This document shows, in pieces, positions 52,196 through 64,000 of a DNA stretch of 64,000 bases (position 1 is the stretch's first letter; each line of letters opens with the position of its first letter). Location of the stretch: NCBI GenBank assembly GCA_026770705.1, contig JANJGN010000028.1, forward strand, positions 4,092,001-4,156,000, given 5' to 3'. The notes below the pieces were generated by a model, which was not told the origin of the DNA, searched no databases, and was given only the letters and a program-made list of their open reading frames with translations. Position numbers and translations under genes: made by a program. This stretch comes from Isurus oxyrinchus (Eukaryota).

Positions 52196-52578
52196 GTTTT
52201 AAACTGATGAGGGCAAATTCATGAATAGGCTCATTTTAAAAAGCTTTGAATGTTAAATATTTCCTAAGAAATTCATTGCTGCACAAAATGTAATATCTCC
52301 AAATTTGCAGATGACACAAAGCTGGGTGGGAGGGTGAGCTGTGAGGAGGATGCAGAGATGCTTCAGTGTGATTTGGACAAGCTGAGTGAGTGATACAATG
52401 CATGGCAGATGCAGCATAATGTGGATAAATGTGAGATAGCAAAAACAGGAAGGCAGATTATTATCTGAATGGCTATAAATTGAGAGGGGAATGTGCAATG
52501 AGACCTGGGTGTCCTTGTACACCAGTCACTGAAGGTAAACATGCAGGTGCAGCAGGCGGTAAAGAAGGCAAATGGTAT

Positions 52579-53052
52579 TACCTGGAAAAACTCAGCAGGT
52601 CTGGCAGCATCGGCGGAGAAGAAAAGAGTTGACGTTTCGAGTCCTCATGACCCTTCGACAGAACTTGATTTCGAGTCCAGGAAAGAGTTGAAATATAAGC
52701 TGGTTTAAGGTGTGTGTGTGGGGGGGGGGGAGGAGAGAGAGAGAGAGACAGAGGTGCTTGTGTAGACAAACAAGCAGTGATAGAAGCAGTGATCTGCTTC
52801 TATCACTGCTTGTTTGTCTACACAAGCACCTCTGTCTCTCTCTCTCTCTCCTCCCCCCCCCCACACACACACCTTAAACCAGCTTATATTTCAACTCTTT
52901 CCTGGACTCGAAATCAAGTTCTGTCGAAGGGTCATGAGGACTCGAAACGTCAACTCTTTTCTTCTCCGCCGATGCTGCCAGACCTGCTGAGTTTTTCCAG
53001 GTAATTCTGTTTTTGTTTTGGATTTCCAGCATCCGCAGTTTTCTTTGTTTTC
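52579..53052. mobile_element. Penelope-like pLTR insertion forming a near-perfect palindrome
   Basis: Arms 52577-52789 and 52794-53005 differ only in one G-run length; loop TGAT; 14-bp TSD AAGGCAAATGGTAT (52565-52578 and 53053-53066). Confidence 0.92.
52916..52956 (+). ncRNA. Minimal type I hammerhead-ribozyme-like motif (variant core); mirror copy at 52625-52665 on minus
   Basis: AGTT-CTGTCGA-A-GGGTC-atgag-GACTC-GAAAC-GTC-AACT. Helix I is AGTT/AACT, helix II is GGGTC/GACTC, GAAA is present, helix III is the palindromic ACGT, and the site is GUC. The core is CUGUCGA rather than CUGANGA. Confidence 0.6.
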
Positions 53053-53639
53053 AAGGCAAATGGTATGTTGGCCTTCATAGCCAGAGGATTCAAGTACAGG
53101 AACAGGGATGTCTTGCTGCAATTGTACAGGGCCTTGGTGAGACCACATCCGGAATAGTGTGTGCAGTTTTGGTCTCCTTATCTGAGGAAGGATGTTCTTG
53201 CTATAGAGGGAGTGCAGCGAAGGTTTACCCAACTGCAAATACGTTTGAGTGAAAACTTGAGGGGTGAACGTGATTTAAAACAGGGATATTTTGTACCAGA
53301 ATCCACCCCACTATCAGGTCACTGTTACACTGCTGTTTGTGGGAGCTTACTGTGCGTATTCCCTACATTACAACAAAGACTACACCTCAAAAGTACTTCA
53401 ATGGCTGTAAAGCATTTTGGGAATTTGAGGTTGTGGAAAATGCTATAGAAATGTAAGTCTTTCTTTCCATTTCACTTACAACATTCCATTCCACAAGAGC
53501 AGGCCAGCAGCAAATAAAGCCACTACCTCCAATACCACCAACTCCTGAGCCACCCCTTGGTAAATCAGAATAACTGTACAGAACACTACTCTCTCTCTGT
53601 ATCCTCAGTCAGCCTTTCAAAGTTCATAGATGACCAACC

Positions 53640-54907
53640 CCCAGGCCCAAGATGTCTTCCTTAACCGAGGCTTTCCACCCACGGTGGTTGACAGGGCGCT
53701 CAACCGTGTCCGGCCCATCTCCCGCGTATCTGTCCTCAGACCTTCCTCTCCCTCCCAGAACCACGATAGGGTTCCCCACTTATCACCCCACCAGCCTCCG
53801 CATTCAAAGGATCATCCTCCGGCATTTCCGCCAACTCCAGCATGATGCCACCACCAAACACATCTTCCCTTCCCCTCCCCTTGCGGCTTTCCACAGGGAT
53901 CATTCCCTCCAGGACATCCTAGTCCACTCCTCCATCACCCCCTACAACTCAACCCTCTCCCACAGCACCTTCCTATGCAACCGCAGAAGGTGCAACACCT
54001 GCCCCTTTACTTCCCCTCTCCTCACCGTCCAAAGGCCCAAACACTCCTTTCAAGTGAAGCAGCATTTCATTTGCACTTCCCTCAATTTACTCTACTGCAT
54101 TCGCTACTCCCAATGCAGTTTCCTCTACATTGGAGACACCAAACGCAGACTGGGTGGTCGTTTTGCAGAACACCTTCGGTCTGTCCACAAACATGACCCA
54201 GACCTCCCTGTCGCTTGCCATTTTAACACTCCACCCTGCTCTCATGCCCACATGTCTGTCCTTGGCTTGCTGCATTGTTCCAGTGAAGCCCAACGCAAAC
54301 TGGAGGAACAGCACCTCATCTTCCGACTAGGCACCTTACAGCCTTCCGGACTGAATATTGAGTTCAACAATTTCAGATCCACCCCCTTTCTGATCCCACT
54401 TTTTCCTATAATTTATAATTTTTTAACAAATATATTTTTCTTTTCCCACCTATTTTTAAATTTATTTTGCCTATTTTTAAATTTATTTTGATCTATTGTT
54501 TTATCTCCACCTTTTAGCCCATTTTGATCCCTTCCCCCCACCCCACCCCCACTAGGACCATTTGCCCCTAGCTTGTCCTGCTTGCCACCCTTAATGTCCC
54601 CATTAGCACATTCCTTAGATAATATCACCACTGTCAACACCCCTTTGTCCTTTTGTCTATGACATCTCTGGCAGTCTCTTCTTGGCCTCCACTTATCACT
54701 GGCCCTCTATCCAGCTCTACTTGTCCCTCCCAACCCCTCTACCAGCATATATTTCATCTCATTTCTATATTTTTTAATACTGAAGGGTCATTCAGACCTG
54801 AAACGTTAACTGTGTTCCTCTCTGCAGATGCTGTCAGACCTGCTGAGTTTTTCCAGGTATTTTTGTTTTTGTTTTGGATTTCCAGCATCCGCAGTTTTTT
54901 GCTTTTA
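53640..54907 (+). mobile_element. Penelope-like element 3' part (linker, GIY-YIG, pLTR)
   Basis: ORF 53652-54491 has CNRRRCNTC and LLYCIRYSQCSFLYIGDTKRRL; the terminal repeat has a degenerate HHR 'ctgaagggtcattcagacctgaaacgttaac'. Confidence 0.9.
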
Positions 54908-55179
54908 TAACTTCCTCCTGTTTGGAAACGCACCAGTGAGGACATCCCTCAATTCAATCAATTCTGGACTATTTTCCATCTCTCCTCCCAATACCCACTG
55001 CTTTCCTTGTGGCCTTTGTGAGGGGCTTTCGGAGTTTATAACCTGCATCTTGATCTAACGGTTATTGTGGAAAGGTGCAGTTGAGGTATTGGATCAAACA
55101 GGATCTTGCTGAAAAGAGAGGAGGAATGGTCTACACCAGCTCCTATTGCTTGGGATCATCGAATGGTGTTGGAAGGGGT

Positions 55180-55306
55180 GGTCCGATCCGGGAATGGTCC
55201 AATCCGGGAATGGTCCGATCCGGGAATGGTCCGATCCGGGAATGGTCCGATCTGGGAATGGTCCGATCCGGGAATGGTCCGATCCGGGAATGGTCCGATT
55301 CGGGAA
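55180..55306. repeat. 16-bp CpG-rich minisatellite, about 8 copies
   Basis: Unit GGTCCGATCCGGGAAT. Confidence 0.95.
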
Positions 55307-56209
55307 CCTCGGCGGATCAACCCAGTTCTGATTGGGCAATTAACATTTGTCATCCACGCCAAATCAACAGGCAATTTGCATTTCAGCTCAGCATTAACAG
55401 CCAATTCCAGAGTTGGACAATTTGAATAGAATCACACAACATATTCAGTGGTCATTTCCAATGGGCCTATGTCATTGGTGCATCAATCCTGCCTGACCTT
55501 TCATCAAAGCTCTGACAATGTCACACAGAGTCAGGGTCTTTTATGGCAGAGTGAAGTCATTCGGCCCATCAAGTCTATGCCACTCTCCACATGGAAATCC
55601 AGTCAACCCCACCTCCCTTGATGTATCCCCACAGTCCTTCACATTTATTTCTTTCAAGAATCCATCAATGTGTTCCCTTTAAAGATTGATTTGTTCTGAA
55701 GAAATGGGCCAGTTTTGTGGAATTTGGAGGGTCACTCTGGGTCCCAGGTTTGCCTATGGCAGTGCTGGATTTACTGCCTAAAACTAACCTTGTAATCTGA
55801 GAATGGCATGCATGACCTCTCCATGCTCCACTGTAAGGTTACCATTCAATGTTTGTGTATTGATACCCGATAGCTCATTTCAATTGTCAGATTCACTTCA
55901 ATCTTCATTGAAAACAGAGGTGAGGATGTGGTCAGTCAATGATATATAAAGGGTGGAGGCTGTAATGATTAGCACTCTGTGGGTTCCCAAACCAAAGTTA
56001 TTGTGTTGACAATTGGAATCAAAAAATTCACAGCAGCCTGTTGTGACCAGCAATGAAGACAATCACCGACTTCACCCAGTTCAATAGTCAGGGCAGGACG
56101 AGGCAGGAAAACAATGCACCAACTTCACGAGGCAATGATAAAGGATCACATTAGGTAACATAGCAAACTGTTAAAAATTGTCAATAAGGGAATTCTAATC
56201 AAATGACCT

Positions 56210-56324
56210 GGGGCGGGATCTTTCAGTCCCAGCCACCAGCGGGATTTACCAGGACCGCCTAAGTCAGTGGACTTTTGACTGACTCGCCACATCCCCTGTA
56301 GCTGAACCAAAAAATTCCGGCCCC
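56210..56324. mobile_element. Small MITE with GGGGC-type TIRs (Harbinger-like)
   Basis: 'ggggcgggatcttt'...'aaattccggcccc'; similar ends occur at 14590-14690. Confidence 0.45.
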
Positions 56325-56340
56325 GTTGCAGACCTGTTAA

Positions 56341-57080
56341 AGAAAATAAACTTTCATTTATATAGCACCTATCACAACCTCAAAAGATCCCAAACTACTT
56401 TACAGCCAATAAAGTGCTTTTGAAGTGTAGTCTGTTGTTTGAAGGAAAGTTTGTAGTTTTGGAAACACAACAGCCAATTTGCACTCAGCAAGCTCCCACT
56501 TAGCGATATGATAATGGTCAGGTCATCTGCTTTGACGAGATTGATTCAGGGATAAATGTTGGGCAGGGCACCGGGGAGAACTCCCTCCTCTCCTTCAATT
56601 ACTGCCAAGGGATCTGTTACATCTGCCTGAGGTGGCAAACGGGACCAGTCTAAAATCTCATCTGAAAGACAGCCCCTCCAACAGTGCAGTACTCCCTCAG
56701 TGCAGCATTCCCTCAATGCGGAGTCCCCTCTCAGCACTGTGCCCCCACCTCTCAGTGCCATGCGCCCCCTCTCAGCCCCGAGCCCCCCAACCCCCCTGCT
56801 CTCGGCCTGTCACCCCCCATCTCTTAGCGTAGAATCCCCCCCTTTCGGCACAGAGGCCCCCCACGCACCCCCCCACCCCCCTCAGCATGGAGGCCACCTC
56901 CCTTCGCCACAGAGACCCCCACTTGGCACAGAGCCTCCCCCTCTCAGCATTGAGCCCCCCCACTCTTAGTGTGGCGGCCCCGCCCCCTCGACATGGTGCT
57001 GAGCTGTCGGCCTAGATTAGATTATTATTGTCTCTGGAGTCAGGTGGAACCCATAATCTTCTGACTCAAAGGTTAAAGTA
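56341..57080 (-). mobile_element. Deu-domain SINE with an internal C-rich tandem expansion (56700-57000)
   Basis: SINE tail at 56341 and head at ~57060; degenerate 'cccctcagca' repeats in between. Confidence 0.7.
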
Positions 57081-59859
57081 TAGGTGCAAATGCACAATTT
57101 CCTTGTTTTTTTATTTGTAGATCAGGAGCCTCCAATTTACTCTGAGGATAGCTCATTTTATTTTCAATGGAGAGGGGGCAGTGAAGAGCGCCGCAGATCC
57201 AGAATTATGCTGGAATGGTCCAAGCATCTGATGAGCATCTTAACCTCCCAGCTCAGAAATACGCTGGATTTTCCGCTACCCTGTGGGAACATGGATACAG
57301 CGGTTTTGACCATGTTGAGCTCTCCAACCTTGTCTCTCGATTTGCTTCCTGCACCTAGAGGCACATGGGGCAGATGAAGCACATGCTCACGTGTCTGTTT
57401 CCCATAGCTTATTTACCTGGAACAGGTCGCTGGCCCAAAGCTGGAGGCCTTAGCTTGAGTGGCGCCATTCCACACCAAACGTGGCTGACCAAGAGTCTCT
57501 CCCACTCTTATTGCTTTGCTATTGGAGTTGGAAGGATCTGGATAATCAACCTGTGCGGCCACCGAGTCTCCAATTCAGAGCTTCTGGCTCAGGGAAAGGG
57601 ACGTTACCCACTCTGCCACAACAGCCCAAGCTCCCCAAGATTAACAGGAGGTTATTTTCAATCAGTTCCAAAGGAAGCATTGCCCAGTGGAGTCAGCCTG
57701 CAAGGCTAACCCTATATCAAGTAGACTTGCAGTGAAAATCGAGGGACGAAGACCAAAATAATTCAAGATGTTCCTCAAGTCAAATACAATCTTTAAAAAT
57801 ATAAAAATCATTTAAAAAAGAGCAAAGCAGTTTGGTCCGTTGAGGTTAACACTCCAATGATGGCATTTAACTGTATTTTGAATAACCCAGTTTTTTTTTT
57901 CCTTTTTCTGGGACCACATTCCAAACATTGTTATTCTTAATGTTCCTGCTGAATATTCCACATTGGCATATGATGTAAATTGATATTTATATGCTCTGGT
58001 TCCTTGAACACTTGAGAGTAACAATCTGGATATACCTCGTCAGTAGATTTGGACCCTGCACCACCGCCATCTTGTACTTCCTGGCAGGCAGGAAGGCAGC
58101 TCGGACTTGGTTCAAAGGTCAAGAAATGATGGACGTCAACCAGAAGGGGACAGGAGAGAAAATGAGATGGAAGGGTTTAGTGGAGAAGGTGAAGGTACAG
58201 CCAAAGGAATGTGCTGAGGAGGTTTTGAGAAACAGGAAGCTAACAGGACAGAGAAATCAGTCAAGCAATGCCATCTTTTCAAATGTAAAAGCCCTGGATA
58301 TTTCTGACCAAGGACAAATTAGCAGTTCTATGATCCATTGTTTTTATGATGGACTTGTTCTATCTCAATTCCCCAGATAAAAACACAGACCTACAAGATG
58401 TTTCATTCTTCAGGGTGTTCCAAAGTGCTTCAAATGACTGTAGTGTTTTTGAAGAGTATTTCCGGTTGTGATACAGGAAGCCTAGCAGCCAATTTTCAAA
58501 TAGCAAATAAGATAAATAAAACAAAGAACTTGCATTTCTATTGCACCTTTCACACTCTCAGCTCATCCCAAAGTGCTTCACAATCAACAGAGCACCTTTG
58601 AAGTGTAGTCACTGTTGTCAGGTAACACAGCAACCAATTTGCACGCAGAAAGGTCCCACAAACAGCAACATGGCAATAACCAGAAAATCTGAAAGCCGGC
58701 ACCTCTGACAGTGCAGCATTCCCTCAGTGTCAGCTGAGATCAGCTGAGATTTTGTGCTCCAATCTCTGGAGTGGGGCTTGAAACAGCAATCTTCAGGGGC
58801 AAGAGTATTACCCAGTGACCCAGGGCCAACACCAGCAAATGGGCAGCTAACTTGTTTATTGAGTAAAGCATACTGGGAGAGCCCTTCATTCTTCAATTAA
58901 GGCATTAAATCTTTCACAAGTGCTTGAATAGTCTGACAGGTTAACAGATTCATCTAAAAGATGGTACCTACGACCGTGCAGCATTCCCTCAAGCACTGCA
59001 TCAATATGAACAGCTGACATTCAGCAAAACTCTCACAATATAAAAAGCAAAGAACACAGGGACGACGCATCAGATTTGGCATCAACGATCGCCATTCATT
59101 AAGCTAGAGCTATGAGCTGACAACAGCAAGCCAAGAGTAAAAGTTCACTTTCACCCCTGACTGAAGCAGTCCCTGGTTTGTCAGCATGGAACTAGGCATG
59201 TGCACGAAGCATTCCTCCCTCTTAACACAGTCAGATTCAACTACCTCCTTCACAGAGCTGCTTCATCAGGTGACTGTCATGGGAATAAGCAAAGAATAAG
59301 CAAAAAGTGGGAGCTGACAGCACTGTCAGCAACAGCCAGAAGTAATCCTGCTTCACGACCTCTTCACCAATAGTAATCCATTCATTAGAAACACTGAAAA
59401 TCTCATCCAGCTGCCAGGGGACTGTATAAAACTGCAGTCTGTGTGTTCCATTTACACTTTGTGATGTGGAATCATTTCTGTTAGAGTTCCCACAGCAGCT
59501 GATACATAGTTAGATCAGGAGTGCTCCACTGCTGTGCTGCCTCTCATTCTGTCTCTGGGCTTTGCCAAAACACTGCAACTCTAACTGCCAAAGGGAAAAG
59601 ATTTCTCACCTCGCAGTTCTAATCTGAAACAGATGGGTAAAAAGCAGCAGATGGAACGAACAGACAATCTGCAGCCAAACAACTCGTTTGTGGGCCCATT
59701 CCACCAACATCTCTGCAACTCGATCAGGGGGAGAGGGTAGCCCCCACTGCCCATCTCCCCAAACAGGAATGACAGAGCCAGGCTCTCTCTCTCTCACCAG
59801 ACGTAGATGGTGATCCTGGAAGTAGGAAAAGCCATGTACAGTTGGGTGCACTTGTTGAA

Positions 59860-61810
59860 GAAGAGTCATTGAAAAGGGGACTTCCACTGACTTCATCTCC
59901 TCTGAAGATTTTCTCTCCAGTCTCCAACCTCAGTGTCCCAACCCTGCCTAATCTGTGTTTACCTCTTACCCAAAATCCACAGACAGCACTGCCCTGGTAC
60001 ACCCTGCTCCTGCCCCACTGAATCCATTTCTTCCAATCCCAATTCCACTTCCGTCCTTTCATCCAGGCTCTTCCAATCAACAATCAACTCTTTCAATTCC
60101 CAATTTCTGATTTCTTGGCCCTAACGTCTCTGTTTCACAATGGATGATCAATCTCTCTACAGCCCCACCAGGATGATCTGAGGACTCCCCCATGTCTTCT
60201 CTGATGGGAGACCCAACCGGTCTCCATCCACCTCCACCCAGCTCCTTCTGGGTAAGCTTGTTCTGTCTCTGAACAACTCCTCCTTCAACTCCACTCATTT
60301 CCTGCAAAGAAAAGGTGTTGCTATGGATACCCATATGGTCCGAGCTTTGTGGGATATATGGAACATTCCTTGTTCCAGTCCTACTCAGGCCCCCTCCCTC
60401 ACCCTCTTCTTCCAGCACATTGATGATTTTATCAGTTCCTGCTCTCAATTTCCATCCTCCTTTCATGTTTACACGCTTTGTCTCGGACTCTTCCCTTCCC
60501 TTTACTGACTTCTATCTCTCAATTTTTGAGGATAAGCTATCTATCAGCTGATATTCACTATAAACCCACTGATTTCCATAACTACCTCAACTACATTTCC
60601 TCACACCCAGCTTCCTGTAAGGACTCTATTCCATTCTCCTAGTCTCTCCATCACATCGGTTCTGACAATCCAATCTATACCAGCACCTGTGTCTTCCTTT
60701 CTCCTGAACTGAAGCTTCCACCACCACACACCCCCTCTCACCCCCTCACCCTGACTGTGGTTGTCAGGCCCTAGATTGTGCCCAACCCATTTCCCACACT
60801 TGTGCTCTCTCTCTTTCCCCTCCCACCCAGAACCATGATAGAGTTCCTCATGTTCGCCTTCCACACAGTCATCCTCCTCAATTTTCACCACCTCCTGTGT
60901 GATGCTATCAGGAAATTAATCCCCCCCCCCATCTCCTTTCAGCGTTCCAAAGAGACCGCTCCCTGTGATAGCCTGGTCCATTGCTCAGTCACCCCTAACA
61001 CCCCCTTCTCCTTCGCTCAACACCTTTCCATGCAAATTGAGGTGGGACACCTTGGCTTCAACCTCCTCCTTCCTCAGCACCCAGGGCCCCATACACTCCT
61101 TCCCAGTGAAATAACAACTCGTACTTTTTTCAATTCAGTCTACTGTATTCACTGCTCACGTTGTGGATTCCTCTACACTGGGGAGACCAAACATGGAGTG
61201 GCTGGCCGCTGTGCAGAACACCTCCGTTCAGTCTGCAAGCACATCCCCCCCTTCCAATCGCTTGTCTCCACCTCGCGCCCACTCTGATCTCTCTGTCCTC
61301 GGCCTCCTGCATCTTTCCAATGAAGCTCAGACAACGGCACCTCATCTTTCAGTCCGACACTGGGTTCAACAATTTTAGCTTGTAAACTCTGGTTCCATTT
61401 TGTTTCACGTTTCATTGCTGGTTTGCTTTTTTCTCTCATTTCTCTCCCATTTCCTTTCGAATGGCAGCGATTCAGGATCCAGCTGTTCGCACCTCCTCTA
61501 GACACAGCTTTTGTTTCCTTACTTTCCCCCATTAGCACTCCCTACAGCTTTACACCATGAAACCTTTGGTCCTGTCCTCCACCCGACCACAGACCCTCCC
61601 CCCCCGCTGTTCTTTTCTGTAGCTTCCAAAGTTCCACTTGCTCAAAACCCGTTACATTGCTCACTTTCTCAGCTCTGATCAACAGTCACAAACCTGAAAC
61701 ATTAATTCCCTTTCTCTCTCCCCAGAGATGCTGTCTGACCTGCTGAGTATTTCCAGTATTTTCTGTAATTCTTTCAGATTTCCAGCATGTGCAGTATTTT
61801 GCTTTGGTTT
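59860..61810 (+). mobile_element. Old degenerate Penelope-like element (RT, GIY-YIG, pLTR)
   Basis: YLLPKIH, KGVAMDTHM, QHIDD, YKPTDFHNYL and VYCIHCSRCGFLYTGETK; terminal repeat at 61670-61810. Confidence 0.85.
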
Positions 61811-61849
61811 TTCATTTAAAAAGGGGATTTAGATGGCTGAAGAAGAGGA

Positions 61850-62152
61850 TTGGGGTAGAATGGGATTGGGGTAGAATGGGACTGGGGGTAGAATGGGACT
61901 GGGGGCAGAATGGGACTGGGGGCAGAATGGGACTGGGGGCAGAATGGGACTGGGGGCAGAATGGGATTGGGGTAGAATGGGACTGGGGGCAGAATGGGAC
62001 TGGGGGCAGAATGGGACTGGGGGCAGAATGGGACTGGGGGCAGAATGGGACTGGGGGCAGAATGGGACTGGGGGCAGAATGGGACTGGGGGCAGAATGGG
62101 ACTGGGGGCAGAATGGGACTGGGGCAGAATGGGATTGGAGTAGAATGGGACT
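61850..62152. repeat. 17-bp G-rich minisatellite, about 18 copies
   Basis: Unit GGGGGCAGAATGGGACT. Confidence 0.95.
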
Positions 62153-62839
62153 GGACTTGATGATTCTTGGAGAAAGCACTGGGATGGAGTTGAGGGCTCA
62201 ATTGGTCAGTCCTATCCTTTAGCCATTATCAATTCCAATCAAACAGGAACAATGAATAGCTTAATGAAAAGGCAACATCTAAGATATGCTTGAGCTACAC
62301 CATCAATAAAAATCCAGGCTTGAACAAATTTTGTGTAATGGAATCACTGAAATGATAGCACAGGAAGCAGCCATTCATACACAAGCAAGCTCTTATTTGG
62401 AGTTCCCCATTTCAATCTCCTCTTTACTCATTTGTTTTTAGATATTGCCTTAAACACTCACTTGTCAAATGAAGTCATCGTGTCTGTCTCAATAATTACT
62501 TGCCGGAAAATATCAAACCTCTGCACTTTATTCTTGAAGGCTGTGCAGACACGACTGCCAACTGATCACTGATTCATCAGCCAATGGAAAGATTGGAGTA
62601 CATCCGACTCTCAGACTTATTTTATTCTTTACAAAACCTCAATTAACATTTCCTGTTTCACTGAACACAATCCATTTTCAGGCTCTCTCAATCCTGATCT
62701 CCTGTTGCTGAATCTTCACTGCAGCCTTCACAAAGGATTCGCTATTTTTGGTATAACTGGCTGCCCAATCTGGCATGCAATACTCCCAACTGGTGCCTAA
62801 CAAGTGCCTGGTACAAACTGAACAGCTTTAAACCTCCAA

Positions 62840-64000
62840 TGTCAAGCCAAACAGTCAAAAAGCAAACTTCAGCAGTCCTGCCCCACCAGCAGGACAGGCC
62901 CAGCAGAGGTGGTGGCACAGTGGTAAACAGTCGGGAGGGAGTTGCTCTGGGAGTCCTCAACATTGACTTGGACCACATGAAGTCTCATGGCATCAGGTCA
63001 AACATGGGCAAGGAAACTTCTTGCTAATTACCAGGTGGAAATCAGAGGGAAAACTTTCCACTGGTTGGAGTCATACCTAGCACAAAGGAGATGGTTGTGG
63101 TTGTTGGAGGTCAGTCATCTCAGCTCCAGGACATCACTGCAGGAGTTCCTCAGGGTAGTGTCCTCAACCCAACCATCTTCTGCTGCTTCATCAATGACCT
63201 TCCTTCCGTCATAAAGTCAGAAGTGGGGATGTTCGCTGATGATTGCACAATGTTCAGCACCATTTGCGACTCCTCAGGTACTGAAGCAGTCCATGTCCAA
63301 ATGCAGCAAGACCTGGACAAGACCCAGGCTTGGGCTGATATGTGGCAAGTAACGTTCGCACAACACAAGTGCCAGACAATGACCATCTCCAACAAGAGAG
63401 AATCTAACCATCAGCCCTTGACGCTCATTGGCATTACCATCATTGAATCCCCCATCAGCAACATCCTGGGGGTTACCATTGACCAGAAACTGAACTGGAC
63501 TAGCCATATAAATACTGTGGCTACAAGAGCAGGTCAGAGGCTGGGAATCCTGCAGTGAGTAACTCAGCTCCTGAGTCCCCAAAGACTGTCACCATCTACA
63601 AGATACAAGTCAGGAGTGTGATGGAATACTCCCCACTTGCCTGGATGAGTGCAGCTCAAGAAACATGACACCATTCAGGACAAAGCAGTCCCACTTGATT
63701 GGCACCCCATCCACAAACATTCACTCCCTCCACCACCAACACACAGTAGCAGCAGTGTGTACCATCTACAAGATGCACTACAGCAACTCACCAAGTCTCC
63801 TTAGACAACACCCTCCAAACCCACAATCACTACCATCTAGAAGGCCAAGAGCAGCCAACACATGGGAACATCACCACCTGGAAGTACCCCTCCAAGTCAC
63901 TCACCATCCTGACTTCACTGTCACTGGGTCAAAATCCTGGAACTCCCTCCCTAACAGCACTGTGGGTGTACCTACACCACATGGACGGCAGCGGTTCAAG
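62840..64000 (+). mobile_element. HER1-type (CR1 clade) LINE with an internal deletion; runs off the window end
   Basis: EN fragment DRPSRGGGTVV is joined to RT GVPQGSVL..FADD..LGVTIDQKLNW; the 3' sequence is shared with 18125-18410. Confidence 0.9.

Larger units (their letters stand above)
52290..53232 (+). mobile_element. CR1 RT fragment hosting the Penelope palindrome
   Basis: FADDTKLGG before the insertion and QFWSPYLRKDVLAIEGVQRRFT after it. Confidence 0.85.

Overview
This is repeat-dense vertebrate DNA, most likely from a shark or ray, judging by HE1/HER1-type SINE/LINE tails, Deu-domain SINEs, CR1 LINEs and Penelope-like elements. I found no convincing intact host protein-coding exon, and there are two assembly gaps. 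Most of the window is nested retroelement debris: CR1, HER1-type, RTE, Rex/Babar-like, Penelope RT/GIY-YIG, Gypsy remnants, solo LTRs, MITEs and minisatellites. The standout is a pair of ~3.8-3.9 kb LTR-bounded elements in head-to-head orientation (28907-32732 minus; 37088-41022 plus). Each has ~270-310 bp LTRs with TGTTGTA...TACAACA-type ends, a degenerate PBS and a clear PPT. Neither has recognisable gag or pol. Instead each carries a decayed ORF whose 3' half is collinear with the coiled-coil region of the cellular UACA (RAI14/ANKRD24 family) protein. This looks like a non-autonomous LTR retrotransposon family that captured and mobilised a host gene segment. A second notable feature is a near-perfect 429-bp Penelope-derived palindrome carrying two variant hammerhead-ribozyme motifs, inserted in a CR1 with a 14-bp TSD. 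Family assignments and protein similarities come from recalled consensus sequences, not from database searches.
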